Below, piece by piece: positions 10,389 through 19,999 of a DNA stretch of 64,000 nt. The stretch's first letter is position 1. Each line of letters opens with the position of its first letter. The position numbers and the translations under genes were made by a program. Source of the DNA: Longimicrobiales bacterium (lineage in GTDB: Bacteria; Gemmatimonadota; Gemmatimonadetes; Longimicrobiales; Gaopeijiaceae); contig CBDFIQ010000001.1 in the NCBI GenBank assembly GCA_965248195.1, positions 1,280,001 to 1,344,000 of the forward strand, read 5' to 3'. The notes below the pieces were generated by a model. That model made no database searches, was not told where the DNA came from, and saw only the letters and a program-made list of their open reading frames with translations.

Positions 10389-10805
10389 ATGTCTTGCCGC
10401 CGCTGTGCATCGCTTGTCCTCGCCGTTTTGGCCTCCGCCTGCAGTGCGTCCGCCAATACGCCGCTCGGCCAGGAGTTCGAGACTGCGGCAGCGGCCACCC
10501 GGGGGACCGTGAATCTCATCGTCCGGGCCGAGCTTGAGCAAGCCGCGGGCCAGACCGCCTGGCAGGCGGTCGAGAACCTTCGCGGACGCTGGTTACAACC
10601 CGTGCGGGGCCGCAGCTTTGTCTCTGGACCTGCGTATGCTCGCATCGTGGTCGATCAAACCACCCGTGGTGATCTCCAACAACTCAGGTCGATGATCGTT
10701 GATGACGTCGAAACCATGCGGCGTCTCTCGCCCTCAGAGGCAACCACCAGGTACGGCACTGGATATCCTGGCGGGGTCATCGAAGTGACGACGAGGGGCC
10801 GCTGA
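10389..10805 (+). CDS. Small lipoprotein with a TonB-receptor plug-like C-terminus
   Basis: Lipobox LASAC; ends ATTRYGTGYPGGVIEVTTR, resembling the plug-domain YG...GGVI.I.T motif. Confidence 0.6.
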   Translation: MSCRRCASLVLAVLASACSASANTPLGQEFETAAAATRGTVNLIVRAELEQAAGQTAWQAVENLRGRWLQPVRGRSFVSGPAYARIVVDQTTRGDLQQLRSMIVDDVETMRRLSPSEATTRYGTGYPGGVIEVTTRGR

Positions 10806-10898
10806 GAAGCCCACCGCGGGCTCTGGGCTATGGGCTGGGTCTGACCGTGCCGGCGAGTGCGGGCTTCTGGAGTCCACTAAAAAGGGGGCGGGTAACTC

Positions 10899-11930
10899 AT
10901 GAGTCCTATCATCGATCGCCGGAGGTTTCTCCTTTCCCTCCCTGGCGTTGCCCTCGCGCCTCGGATCCTCGCGCAGATAGGTCGCCAGGCCCTCCCGGCT
11001 CTCGCGCTCAACCACGTCGCGCTCAGCGTCTCCGATCCGGGGCGGTCCGTCGAATTCTACCAGGGACTGTTCGGGATGCCGATCCAGGCTCGCCAGGGTG
11101 GAACGACCGTTCTTCGGATCGGCGATGGGCCCCAATTCATGGCGGTCGGTGTTGCGCCCAGGGGCCAAGCGCCCAGCATCAGCCGCCTCGGGCTCGCTGT
11201 GGAGGACTTCGATCCCGATCGGATCATCGAGACGCTTGCGGCATTTGGGGTCAGGCAAGCCGGACCCGGGATGCCGGCCGAACGTGCGATGAGGGTGTGG
11301 ACCGTGAGACGGGGAGCGGAGGAGGGGGGCGGCTCGGAGGGAACAGAGGAGCTGTACCTCGGCGACCCCGGCGGGCTCGTAGTACAGCTTCTGGATGCGG
11401 CGCACTGCGGGGGTACGGGACCACTGGGAACCGTCTGCGGAACTCCCGAACGGTCATCTGTCAGCGGCCTTCTCGCGGTGCGCGACCTCAACCACTGCTG
11501 CGTCAGGGTATCGGACCCTCAGGGCTGGAACCGGTTCTATCAGGATGCGTTCGGGCTGCCTGTGCAGGCCCTACAGGGAAGCACCCCGGCGCTCGGGCTT
11601 GGCGGCGGGCCGCAGTTCCTCATGGCCCCAGGCGGTGCTGGGGCTGGACCCCGGCCGGGCTATATCGACCACGCCTGTCTGACGGTCGAAGCGTTCGATA
11701 CGGAAGAGATCCTCGGGACGCTGAGTGACTTCGGTATTCAGCCGCCCGCCGAGGGCGGACGCCCCGTCGGTCCCTTGAGATCGTACATCAGTATGCGGAT
11801 GCCCAACCGGGGTGGTGTCGAAGGGGGCACGCCGGAGCTGTACTTCACCGATCCGGATGGGATTCGCATCCAGCTCCAGGACACAACCTATTGCGGAGGA
11901 GGTGGACCCTTGGGCGAAATTTGCGGCTAA
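10899..11930 (+). CDS. Tat-exported tandem VOC (glyoxalase-like) protein
   Basis: DRRRFLL twin-arginine signal; two modules LNH....VSD....FYQ..FG and ELY..DP.G..QL. Confidence 0.8.
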   Translation: MSPIIDRRRFLLSLPGVALAPRILAQIGRQALPALALNHVALSVSDPGRSVEFYQGLFGMPIQARQGGTTVLRIGDGPQFMAVGVAPRGQAPSISRLGLAVEDFDPDRIIETLAAFGVRQAGPGMPAERAMRVWTVRRGAEEGGGSEGTEELYLGDPGGLVVQLLDAAHCGGTGPLGTVCGTPERSSVSGLLAVRDLNHCCVRVSDPQGWNRFYQDAFGLPVQALQGSTPALGLGGGPQFLMAPGGAGAGPRPGYIDHACLTVEAFDTEEILGTLSDFGIQPPAEGGRPVGPLRSYISMRMPNRGGVEGGTPELYFTDPDGIRIQLQDTTYCGGGGPLGEICG

Positions 11931-12059
11931 CTGCTGGGTCACCAGGCTTGATTTCCAACGACTTACGCATTCAGTTCTCTTCTCACCGGAAAGTGCCCTA
12001 AACGAAGCCTGCTGCGCTTTCCGCTGGCTTGCGGAGCCGTCTCCGCGCATGAGGAAATT

Positions 12060-12761
12060 ATGACAAGGCACGTCCGCAGAGTCGGTCTGGTGTCGGCCGC
12101 GTTGTTGGTCCTTTCGTCATCCGCGCTCGCTCAGCAGTACGCCCCATCATTTCCGCGAGACGGAGCGACAAAGCTCCTCGAGAACGAGTTTGTGACGATC
12201 TGGGATGTGACCTACGAAAAGGGCGAGTCCGCCACGATGCAGGAGCACCGATACGATCAAGTCTCTGTGACCCTGAGCGACGGGGCTGTCAAAGTGACTC
12301 GACCTGACAACACGTGGACCGTTGATCACAGCAGATTCGCCACGGTGCGCTTTGAACCAAAGGGGACGATCACTGCGGAAGAAGGTGTCAGCGACACACC
12401 CAGACGTGCGATCGTTGTCGAGTTGAAGGACTATGAGGTCCCCATGCTTGACCCGAACCTCGCCGCCGAGCTGCGGGCCCAAGGCATGCGCGGCCAGTTT
12501 CCACGGGAAGAAGCGACCAAGCTCCTTGAAACCGAGCGGGTGATCGTCTGGGACAACCAGTACAGGCTCGGCCAAGGAGCGCGGCACGCGCACTATAACC
12601 AGGTCGTCGGTGTGTGGATCGAGGCCGGCTCGCTCAACAACAGCCCGAGGACTGTCGGGCAGGTGAACTTTCGCGCGCCGGGCCCGCCTCATCAAGAAGA
12701 AGCACGAAATCCGCTTCCCCGGGCCATTTTCATTGAATACCAAAGGGGAAGTCGGTACTGA
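12060..12761 (+). CDS. Secreted protein with duplicated cupin-like modules
   Basis: Signal peptide; FPR..ATKLLE.E.V..WD repeated twice; H-x-H-like motifs. Confidence 0.65.
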   Translation: MTRHVRRVGLVSAALLVLSSSALAQQYAPSFPRDGATKLLENEFVTIWDVTYEKGESATMQEHRYDQVSVTLSDGAVKVTRPDNTWTVDHSRFATVRFEPKGTITAEEGVSDTPRRAIVVELKDYEVPMLDPNLAAELRAQGMRGQFPREEATKLLETERVIVWDNQYRLGQGARHAHYNQVVGVWIEAGSLNNSPRTVGQVNFRAPGPPHQEEARNPLPRAIFIEYQRGSRY

Positions 12762-12843
12762 GGTCCCGCGCCTCATTGAGTCGAGCGCGGGGTGATGCGG
12801 CCGCTAGCGGCCGCGGGGGAGCTAAGTCAACTGCGGGCCGTCA

Positions 12844-15654
12844 TCACGGGTTCAGCCAATAGTTGACCTTTATTAGAAAGATGTTGTCGGGACGGATGTC
12901 GAAGAGCTCGTCCGTGTCCCGACCCAGGTCGAACTGGCCGATCCGCCCCACTCTCTGGTCGGAGTCCCATGCGTTGACCCGTTGTGCACGGCTCTGCTGC
13001 CAGACCAGAAAAAGGGTCGAGCCCGCACGCCACTCCCACCGGAGCACCGCGTTCCCAAGGAGGCTCCTGGTGTTGAAGTCCCGGTTCGCCACCACGAATT
13101 CCTCGGCCGGGCCGTCCCCGTCCGGGTCTACCAGGAAGTGTCCGTCCCCCCGGTCGGTGAGCGTCCCGACGTCTTCACCGTAGCGGAGGAAGTCGAAGGT
13201 CCGGGGTGCTCGGAACTCCTTCAGATCGCTGAAGTCCCCACTGGCGAGGAAGGGCTGGGCATAGAGCTCGAAGGACAGGGTAGGTGAAAGCGTGACGTTC
13301 ATCCGAGCGTTGACAGACAGGGTCGTCTGCTTGAGGCCCGCGAAGATGTAGCGGTGCCCGAAGGTGGCGTTGGCCAGGGGGTCGGCTAGCGCGGTGACAT
13401 ACTGCGCGGACGTGTAACTCCGGGAGTATCGAGGACCGAGCTGGACCTCCCAGTTCTCGCGGATCCGGTATGTCAGATTCACGTTGACCGCGCTGTCCCG
13501 CGTCCGGTCCCTGTTTCTTACCCAGTTGTACGTGGCCCTGATGGAGTACGCCCGCCTGGTGTCCGAGTTGACGCTGAAGTTTCCGGAGAAGCCCGCTGGC
13601 GCCTTCGCCAGGGGGCCACCCCGGGTCAGGCGGTCGTCGTCGACGGTCGGGTTCATGCGGATTCGGGCCCCCACGCCCCAGTAGTTCAGCAGCTGCCAGC
13701 TGGCTACAAGGAGAAACCGGGCGTGGAGCAGATCGCCTCCATAGTTCCACATGGCGTCGGGCCCGCCCTCGAGGCTCCAGTTCCGGAAGACGTCGCCGGG
13801 TACGGTCTCTTGGAAAATGAAGTTCGTGTCCACGATGAGACGGTCCGTGCGGGGCTGAAAGCCCAGATCGTTTATCTCGTAGCCCGGGCTCTCTGCGGCG
13901 AGATCGACTTTCATCCGGTACGCTCCGGCGATCTTCGCCAGCTTGAGCATGGCGTAGTAGCCCGCGAGCGATGTCAGGTTCGGGTCGACCTCCAGATGAT
14001 CCGCGTCGGGCCGCTGGAAGTAGTGCGCCGAAGATCGCTGGGTCACGACGAGCGCGTCGGATGAGCCCAGGACCAGGCTCGACGTGAACGCTCCGGTGAG
14101 ACTCCAGCTCCGGTCTGTCCACTCGTGGTTGAAGTCCACGCCGGCCTGGTATGCGGCGGAGTGGAGGTTGGCCCGGAGCAGCGGTAGCGCGAAGCCGAGT
14201 CTCCGGTTCACCGCGCTGACCATCATCCCGAAACGGGTTTGGCCACCCAACATGTCTCGCCGTAGCCGGCCCACCAGGTAATTCGTCCTTGGCTCCGTCA
14301 CGGCCTCCGAGCGGAAGCCCGCCGCGTCGATCCAGGGCGCCGTCTCCCGCTGAGTCACGGCGCCGAGCAACCCCACCGACCACCCATCTCTGGTCCGGCC
14401 AGTGAGCTTCGCCGCTCCGAGGATCGTCGTCGCGCGCGGTTCGTCAGAATAGGCTACAGCCGACGGAACACTTCCCTGGGGTGGCCTCCCGATTCGCCTG
14501 GAGTAGAGGAACTCGGGCGGTCGCCCCGTCGACCCCCTGACTTCTTGCTCCGAGAACTGGAAGATATCCGCTCCTTCTACGAAGAACGGGCGCTTTTCTT
14601 GGAACCGGGTCTCGAAGGCGGTAAGATTGATCACCGCTGGGTCGACCTCGACCTGTCCGAAGTCCGGATTCACGGCAGCATCCAGCGTGAGGTTCGAGCT
14701 GACCCGGTATTTCAGGTCGAGACCTGTACTGGCGTAGTAGTCCGATCCGCTCCGAAAGGGGTTTCCGAAGCCCGCATCCGTTGCGTCCTCGAGCTGGAGG
14801 TACTCGGCTCGAACAACTGTATACGGGAGGAGTTCGAGCCTCCGGCCGGCCTCGACGTCGCGGATCCCGTCTAGGTGAGCGTAGCGGGCCACCCCGCCCC
14901 GCACGAGCTTCGGGACGAACGCGAATAGGACCTGCTCCTCCCGCCGTCGGATGGTCCGCTCGAGCTGGATCCCCCACTCCTGTGCCTCCTCCCGGCTGAA
15001 CCGCAGCTGGCTGAAGGGGATTCGCATCTCGACGCTCCACCCGTCATCGGTGACGTCCGTGGCCACGTCCCAAACCGGGTCCCATGAGGTGTCCTCGGAG
15101 CGACGCCGCCCACTAGCGCTGCCCCCCGTTCCGACGCCGCCCAGGTCGGAGACGATTTCGTCGCGCCTTTGGCCCGACGGATTCGTGGTGAACCGATATG
15201 CCATCAGGTGGTCGTGATAGCTGTCGATGTAGACCGCAAACAGGTCCGAGTCCGGGATCTGGGCATCCCTGCGGGCCAGGCGGGTCCGGACCTCGCCTGA
15301 GTCGTAGAGCATCGCCCCGACGTACAGGGCTTCGTCGTCGTAGACGATTCGCACCTCCGTCGGCTGGGTTGCCGGCTCCCCTTCCTCCGGATCGATCTGG
15401 GTGAAGTGGGTGATCGGTGGGGCGCTGACCCAGCCCACGTCATCCAGCCGCCCGTCGACCCGGATCGATCCGGGGATTCGGACGGCCGTGGCCCGTGGAG
15501 CGTCGGCATGGGGTTGAAGGGGACCGGAACCGGACCCCTCGGGCTCGCCGGAGCGCTGTCCCAGGAGCGATGAAGGAGCGAGAAAAGCGTACAGAGGGGC
15601 AAGCACACACAGGAGCTGCCGGGTGTCCCGACCTGCAGACCGGATCAGGAACAT
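12844..15654 (-). CDS. CBM9-like sugar-binding domain + DUF5916 outer-membrane-associated protein
   Basis: IRVDGRLDD..W, TEVRIVYDDEALYVG, GWSVEMRIPFSQLRF, NPDFGQVEVD, EKRPFFVEG; ends KVNYWLNP. Confidence 0.88.
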   Translation of the reverse strand: MFLIRSAGRDTRQLLCVLAPLYAFLAPSSLLGQRSGEPEGSGSGPLQPHADAPRATAVRIPGSIRVDGRLDDVGWVSAPPITHFTQIDPEEGEPATQPTEVRIVYDDEALYVGAMLYDSGEVRTRLARRDAQIPDSDLFAVYIDSYHDHLMAYRFTTNPSGQRRDEIVSDLGGVGTGGSASGRRRSEDTSWDPVWDVATDVTDDGWSVEMRIPFSQLRFSREEAQEWGIQLERTIRRREEQVLFAFVPKLVRGGVARYAHLDGIRDVEAGRRLELLPYTVVRAEYLQLEDATDAGFGNPFRSGSDYYASTGLDLKYRVSSNLTLDAAVNPDFGQVEVDPAVINLTAFETRFQEKRPFFVEGADIFQFSEQEVRGSTGRPPEFLYSRRIGRPPQGSVPSAVAYSDEPRATTILGAAKLTGRTRDGWSVGLLGAVTQRETAPWIDAAGFRSEAVTEPRTNYLVGRLRRDMLGGQTRFGMMVSAVNRRLGFALPLLRANLHSAAYQAGVDFNHEWTDRSWSLTGAFTSSLVLGSSDALVVTQRSSAHYFQRPDADHLEVDPNLTSLAGYYAMLKLAKIAGAYRMKVDLAAESPGYEINDLGFQPRTDRLIVDTNFIFQETVPGDVFRNWSLEGGPDAMWNYGGDLLHARFLLVASWQLLNYWGVGARIRMNPTVDDDRLTRGGPLAKAPAGFSGNFSVNSDTRRAYSIRATYNWVRNRDRTRDSAVNVNLTYRIRENWEVQLGPRYSRSYTSAQYVTALADPLANATFGHRYIFAGLKQTTLSVNARMNVTLSPTLSFELYAQPFLASGDFSDLKEFRAPRTFDFLRYGEDVGTLTDRGDGHFLVDPDGDGPAEEFVVANRDFNTRSLLGNAVLRWEWRAGSTLFLVWQQSRAQRVNAWDSDQRVGRIGQFDLGRDTDELFDIRPDNIFLIKVNYWLNP

Positions 15655-15742
15655 CGAGGGCCGTCCATCTCGATGGCGACGGAGCAGGGTTGGCGGCGAC
15701 GTGAGGTACGGACGGTTCAGGCCGTAGGCCGCACGAGGGACG

Positions 15743-16318
15743 CTAGCGGTTCCTCAGATATTCTCTCGAATCCGCCTCGTCCTTCAACGGAACCACCTTG
15801 TCCGGATCGACCCGGATCATGACGTACCTGATATGATCATCGATCCTCGTGAACTGGTGGCCGGTACCGGCAGGGATGACAAGAATGTCACCCGCCGACA
15901 GCTGGTGGGTCGTGCCATTACGGATCTCAGTGGCGTTGTGACCCGGTCCGTTCAAGAACTGGACGGCACGGTTATTCGCCGGTCTCGGCACCGCATTGAC
16001 GAGCTCGGAGCCTGTCACGTTCGTCCCGGATCCGCTGATCACGTAATAGACTTCGGTGACGAGGTCGTGCTCGGCGACCCCCCCTGGTTGCTCCAATCTT
16101 CCCCGATGAGAAATGGCGATCTGCACTTGTGACTTGCCGATGTCCAGAGATCTAACCTGTTGATCGGCACTAGCGACCTCGAGATACTCTTGGATCTCCT
16201 CGGCGCTGACGTACGTGGACTCGCAGTCCTCGCAGAAGGTCTGTACCTCTTGCCCCACCGACCGACCGAGGACAAAGGTCCCCACAAAGGCCGGGACCAA
16301 TAGCATCGCTGTTTTCAT
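15743..16318 (-). CDS. Secreted cupin-domain protein
   Basis: AEHDLVTEVYYVISGSG and LSAGDILVIPAGTGHQF cupin motifs; AAGGAGAGG RBS before ATG 16318. Confidence 0.8.
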   Translation of the reverse strand: MKTAMLLVPAFVGTFVLGRSVGQEVQTFCEDCESTYVSAEEIQEYLEVASADQQVRSLDIGKSQVQIAISHRGRLEQPGGVAEHDLVTEVYYVISGSGTNVTGSELVNAVPRPANNRAVQFLNGPGHNATEIRNGTTHQLSAGDILVIPAGTGHQFTRIDDHIRYVMIRVDPDKVVPLKDEADSREYLRNR

Positions 16319-16519
16319 GACCTCTCCTTTAGCAGACGCCAAGAACTTTCCATTTCCCGCAGTGGGAGTCCATTCTGCTTCCGACGCGAATGGCGGGGCC
16401 TCTGGATCGCAACATGCAGGAACGATGTGAGCCGCGACAGGGGGAGGCCGCTTGGCGACCGACGCGCTCCTCCACTATTTTGTGCAGCTACCGCCGCTGG
16501 CCTGATGCGCTGGCCGCGG

Positions 16520-16541
16520 CTGTACTCCTTCAACAGCCTTC
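16520..16541 (+). repeat. Solo copy of the MITE terminal repeat
   Basis: CTGTACTCCTTCAACAGCCTTC, 21/22 identical to the MITE right end at 19978-19999. Confidence 0.8.
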
Positions 16542-16560
16542 TTCAAGAACCGAGGAGCCC

Positions 16561-16977
16561 ATGCCGCGGGTGACCATCACCAGAGAGGTCCACTTCAGCG
16601 CGGCGCACCGCGTGTTCAATCCCGAGTGGAGCGACGAGCGCAACTTCGAGGTGTTCGGGCCGTGCGCCAATCCCAACTGGCACGGACACGATTATGTGCT
16701 CTATGTGGCGGTCGAGTCGGAGCTGGATCGGGACACGGGCTTTGTCATGGACTTCAAGGACTTGAAGTCGGTCGTGGAATCCCGCGTCGTGGAGGACATG
16801 GACCACAAGAACGTGAATCTCGACGTGCCGTGGATGGAAGGACTCATCGCGTCTGCCGAAAACATCGTCGTCGCGATCTGGGACCGGCTCGTAGACGGCC
16901 TGCCCGACGGTGTGAAGCTCGCAAAGCTCACCCTGTGGGAGACGCCCCGCCATTACGTGGAGTACTCCGGTGAGTAG
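16561..16977 (+). CDS. 6-pyruvoyl-tetrahydropterin synthase (COG0720, PTPS-II type)
   Basis: [14 protein letters not shown] (Cx5HGH), GFVMDF, AENI, LWET; GAGGAG RBS before ATG 16561. Confidence 0.9.
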   Translation: MPRVTITREVHFSAAHRVFNPEWSDERNFEVFGPCANPNWHGHDYVLYVAVESELDRDTGFVMDFKDLKSVVESRVVEDMDHKNVNLDVPWMEGLIASAENIVVAIWDRLVDGLPDGVKLAKLTLWETPRHYVEYSGE

Positions 16978-17560
16978 CGACCTCTCAGGGGCGGCGTTCG
17001 AGGAGCTCGTGGCCGAGATGATCCGGCGGCTCGGGGATGACCCCGAGCGAGAAGGGCTCAAGCGGACACCCGAGCGCGTGGCGAAGAGCCTGGCGTTCCT
17101 CACGCAGGGCTACGGGATGAAGTTCGAGGACGTCGCCAACGGGGCGCTCTTCGAGGACTGCCACCGGAACATGGTTCTGGTGAAGGACATCGAGATGTAC
17201 TCGCTGTGCGAACACCATCTCCTGCCCTTCTTCGGCAAGGTGCACGTCGCCTACATCCCTAACGGCAAGATCGTGGGGCTGTCCAAAATCGCCCGCCTGG
17301 TCGAGGTCTATGCTCGCCGCCTTCAGGTGCAGGAGCGGATGACGGAGCAGGTGGCCCAAGCGATCTGGGAAGGGGTCGAGCCGGAGGGAGTGGGCGTCGT
17401 GGTGGAGGCCTACCACCTGTGCATGATGATGCGGGGCGTGCAGAAGCAAAACTCGAAAACGATCACCTCCGCCATGCGGGGGTCGTTTCTCAAAGACAAG
17501 ATGACGCGCGACGAGTTTCTGAGTCTCTGCATGACCGACCACAATCCTCTCTCGCAGTGA
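16970..17560 (+). CDS. folE: GTP cyclohydrolase I
   Basis: [49 protein letters not shown]. Confidence 0.97.
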   Translation: MSSDLSGAAFEELVAEMIRRLGDDPEREGLKRTPERVAKSLAFLTQGYGMKFEDVANGALFEDCHRNMVLVKDIEMYSLCEHHLLPFFGKVHVAYIPNGKIVGLSKIARLVEVYARRLQVQERMTEQVAQAIWEGVEPEGVGVVVEAYHLCMMMRGVQKQNSKTITSAMRGSFLKDKMTRDEFLSLCMTDHNPLSQ

Positions 17561-17645
17561 GCGATCCACGGCCTGCGATTTCTCGGTGAGCGATCTACGG
17601 CCTGCGATTTCTCAGTGAGCGATCCACGGCCTGCGGATTTCCTCG
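17557..17645. repeat. 29-bp unit x3 at the folE stop / SDR start
   Basis: GTGAGCGATC(C/T)ACGGCCTGCG.. at 17557, 17586 and 17615. Confidence 0.95.
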
Positions 17646-18343
17646 AAGGTGTCACCGCCTTGGTGGTGGGTGCCAGCCGCGGCATCGGTGAAGCCACAGC
17701 CCGAGTCCTGGCGGCCGCTGGGGCGCGAGTCTACCTGGCGGCACGCTCGATGGAGCGGCTCGAGGCGCTCGCTGAGGAGATCGGGGGCGTGCCCCTCCCG
17801 CTGGATCTAGAAAACGTCGGGTCGGTGGGGGCCGTCCTGCAAGGACTCCTGTCCGAGCTTGGAGGGGCGCCCGACATCGTCGTCAACGCCGCCGGGGTGT
17901 TTTCCTTGACTCCGGCGGCGGACACTTCAGTCGAAACGTTCGAGCAGGCCCTCGCGGTCAACTTGGGTGGGCCGTTCGCGGTCATCCGGGCTGTGCTTCC
18001 GGCCATGATCGCCCGGGGCTCCGGTTCGGTAGTTACGGTTGGGTCGGTTGCGGGACGCAAGGGGTACCCCGGCAATGCAGCCTACTCGTCGGCGAAGTTC
18101 GGCCTACGGGGGCTACACGAGGTATTAGCGGCGGAGCTCCGCGGTACAGGCGTCCGCTGTTCCCTGATCGAGCCGGCGGCGACGGACACGAAGCTGTGGG
18201 ATGCCTTGGATCCCGATTCGGACCCCAAGCTCCCCGACCGATCACAGATGCTTCGCCCCGAGGACGTTGCCGAGTCGATTCTGTTCGTGTGCACCCGCCC
18301 CGAGGGCGTTCAGATTCCCGTCCTTGCCATCGAGCACGACTGA
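17615..18343 (+). CDS. Short-chain dehydrogenase/reductase, sepiapterin-reductase-like by context
   Basis: GASRGIG, NAAG, catalytic S and YSSAK; directly follows PTPS and folE. Confidence 0.88.
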   Translation: MSDPRPADFLEGVTALVVGASRGIGEATARVLAAAGARVYLAARSMERLEALAEEIGGVPLPLDLENVGSVGAVLQGLLSELGGAPDIVVNAAGVFSLTPAADTSVETFEQALAVNLGGPFAVIRAVLPAMIARGSGSVVTVGSVAGRKGYPGNAAYSSAKFGLRGLHEVLAAELRGTGVRCSLIEPAATDTKLWDALDPDSDPKLPDRSQMLRPEDVAESILFVCTRPEGVQIPVLAIEHD

Positions 18344-18356
18344 CCCGTCTCCTTCC

Positions 18357-19022
18357 GTGCACATCCTGCTTACTGACCGGCTGATTTGCCCCCGCTGTGG
18401 GCCGGGGTTCGGCCTGATCCTCATCGCCGACCGCCTGGAGAACAGGCGGGTGATCGACGGATCGCTGGGATGCCCGAACTGTCGCGACCGGTTTCCGGTC
18501 GAGGGGGGCTTCGGCGATTTGCGACCTCCGCCCCGGAGCACCCGGGACGACGCTCCCGAGCTCGGGCCTCCGGCTTCTCCGCCGGCGATGGAGGTAGCCG
18601 CGCTTCTGGGCCTCACCGACGGGCCGGGGAATGTGGCTTTGATCGGCGGCATGGCGGGGCACGCCACCACGCTCGCGGGGTTGGTTCCGGGCGTCGAGTT
18701 CGTTGGGATCGCTCCGGGCCTTCGTGGATGGGAAGAAGGAGAAGGCGTGAGTCGGATGACCACAGGAGCTTCTCTCCCGTTCAGCAGTGGGAGCTTGCGC
18801 GGCGTGGGGCTGTTTGCCGATGGAGAACCCTCGATAGCCGGCGAATTGGCTCGTGTACTGGCCCGCGACGGGCAGATCGCGGTGTGGGGTGCGGGGCAGG
18901 GTGGGGTGCCGGGTGGTGAGCAGGGTGCCGTGACGGAGTGGGAGAAGGCGCTGAGATCAGAGGGGCTCGATGTGCTCGCGTCCGATGGGAAGGCGGTGGT
19001 GGTCAAGCGAACGACCCCATGA
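18357..19022 (+). CDS. Trm112-like zinc-ribbon fused to a degenerate class I methyltransferase-like domain
   Basis: GTG 18357: MHILLTDRLICPRC...GSLGCPNCRDRFPV; later LPFSSGSL and ELARVLARDG. Confidence 0.7.
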   Translation: MHILLTDRLICPRCGPGFGLILIADRLENRRVIDGSLGCPNCRDRFPVEGGFGDLRPPPRSTRDDAPELGPPASPPAMEVAALLGLTDGPGNVALIGGMAGHATTLAGLVPGVEFVGIAPGLRGWEEGEGVSRMTTGASLPFSSGSLRGVGLFADGEPSIAGELARVLARDGQIAVWGAGQGGVPGGEQGAVTEWEKALRSEGLDVLASDGKAVVVKRTTP

Positions 19023-19185
19023 GGGCGCCGTTGCGCAGAGGACGCCGTTGCGCCTAAGGGCGTCGTTGCTCGTCGTTGCGCCGAATTTCGGGCCCCTCTA
19101 ACTTCGATCAGAACCGATACATGTGTTGCGGGACCGAGAAATGTCCCGTTTCGCCGCACTATTCTCGTGGCTGAGCTTCCTCTCC

Positions 19186-19677
19186 ATGGCGTGGTGGCAG
19201 AAGGTTTTCGGCGGCTCCGGTGAGGCTGAAAGGGTCGCATACTACGACGAGGGCCTCGCGCTCATCGCCGAGGACAAGATCCATGAAGCCCTCACGTCTT
19301 TTCGCCTGGCGCTGAAGACGTCCCCTGGTGATGTCGTGGTGCTTCAGCAAATCGCGATGGCCTACACGCGAATCGGGATGACGGACGAAGCAGAAAAGAC
19401 CTATCGGCACGTTCTCCAAAAAGACCCGCAAGCCGCAGGCGCCCACTATGGGGTGGCGTTCCTGCTCGTCCGGAGTCGCCGTGAAGCCGAGGCGGTTCCG
19501 CATTTGCGCGCATTCTTGGAAAACGCCCCGGCTGGGAAGGAAGCCTCCGAACATGTTTCGCATGCCCGCGAAACGCTTGCCGGTCTGACGGGGGAGGTGG
19601 GGAAGGGCGGTCAAAGCGGGCAGGCGGGGGGGTCCAAGTCCGAGAGCCTCGACCTGGGGCCGGATGAGCTCCTCTAG
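19186..19677 (+). CDS. Tetratricopeptide repeat protein
   Basis: TPR helices (YYDEGLAL..EAL..FRLALK..P, AHYGVA). Confidence 0.82.
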   Translation: MAWWQKVFGGSGEAERVAYYDEGLALIAEDKIHEALTSFRLALKTSPGDVVVLQQIAMAYTRIGMTDEAEKTYRHVLQKDPQAAGAHYGVAFLLVRSRREAEAVPHLRAFLENAPAGKEASEHVSHARETLAGLTGEVGKGGQSGQAGGSKSESLDLGPDELL

Positions 19678-19696
19678 GGCCGGATGAGTCCCTCTA

Positions 19697-19999
19697 GAAG
19701 GCTGTTGAAGGGGTACAGCGGGTCGCGCACATGGCGCTTGTGCGCGTTCAGACAAGGAACGACGACGAGGCGTAGCAGAGCTACTCCGAGGAGGAGAGAC
19801 GCAGGATCAACCGCACAACCGCCCTGTGCCCACGACCATGAATGACATGACCTTACACGTTGAAGGGTTGCGGTGGCACGGCCCCATCTCCGTTGTTGGA
19901 GTTCCTAGCCATAGCTACGGCTATGGCGTCGTCGCTCCGCCTAGGAGCTAGGACCGTGGCATCCGCAACGCGGCCCACTGTACCCCTTCAACAGCCTTC
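19697..19999. mobile_element. 303-bp MITE with 22-bp perfect terminal inverted repeats
   Basis: GAAGGCTGTTGAAGGGGTACAG (19697-19718) and CTGTACCCCTTCAACAGCCTTC (19978-19999); flanks TA / CA; no transposase. Confidence 0.88.

Noticed and set aside
16561..16977. Calling the COG0720 gene queD
   Set aside because: The motif is Cx5HGH rather than Cx3HGH and no que genes are adjacent.
17557..17645. 29-bp x3 repeat (and other short arrays) as a CRISPR array
   Set aside because: Units are directly adjacent with no unique spacers, and there are no cas genes in the window.
19860..19955. Track-predicted N-terminus of the OsmC-family ORF
   Set aside because: It lies inside the MITE with no RBS at 19860.
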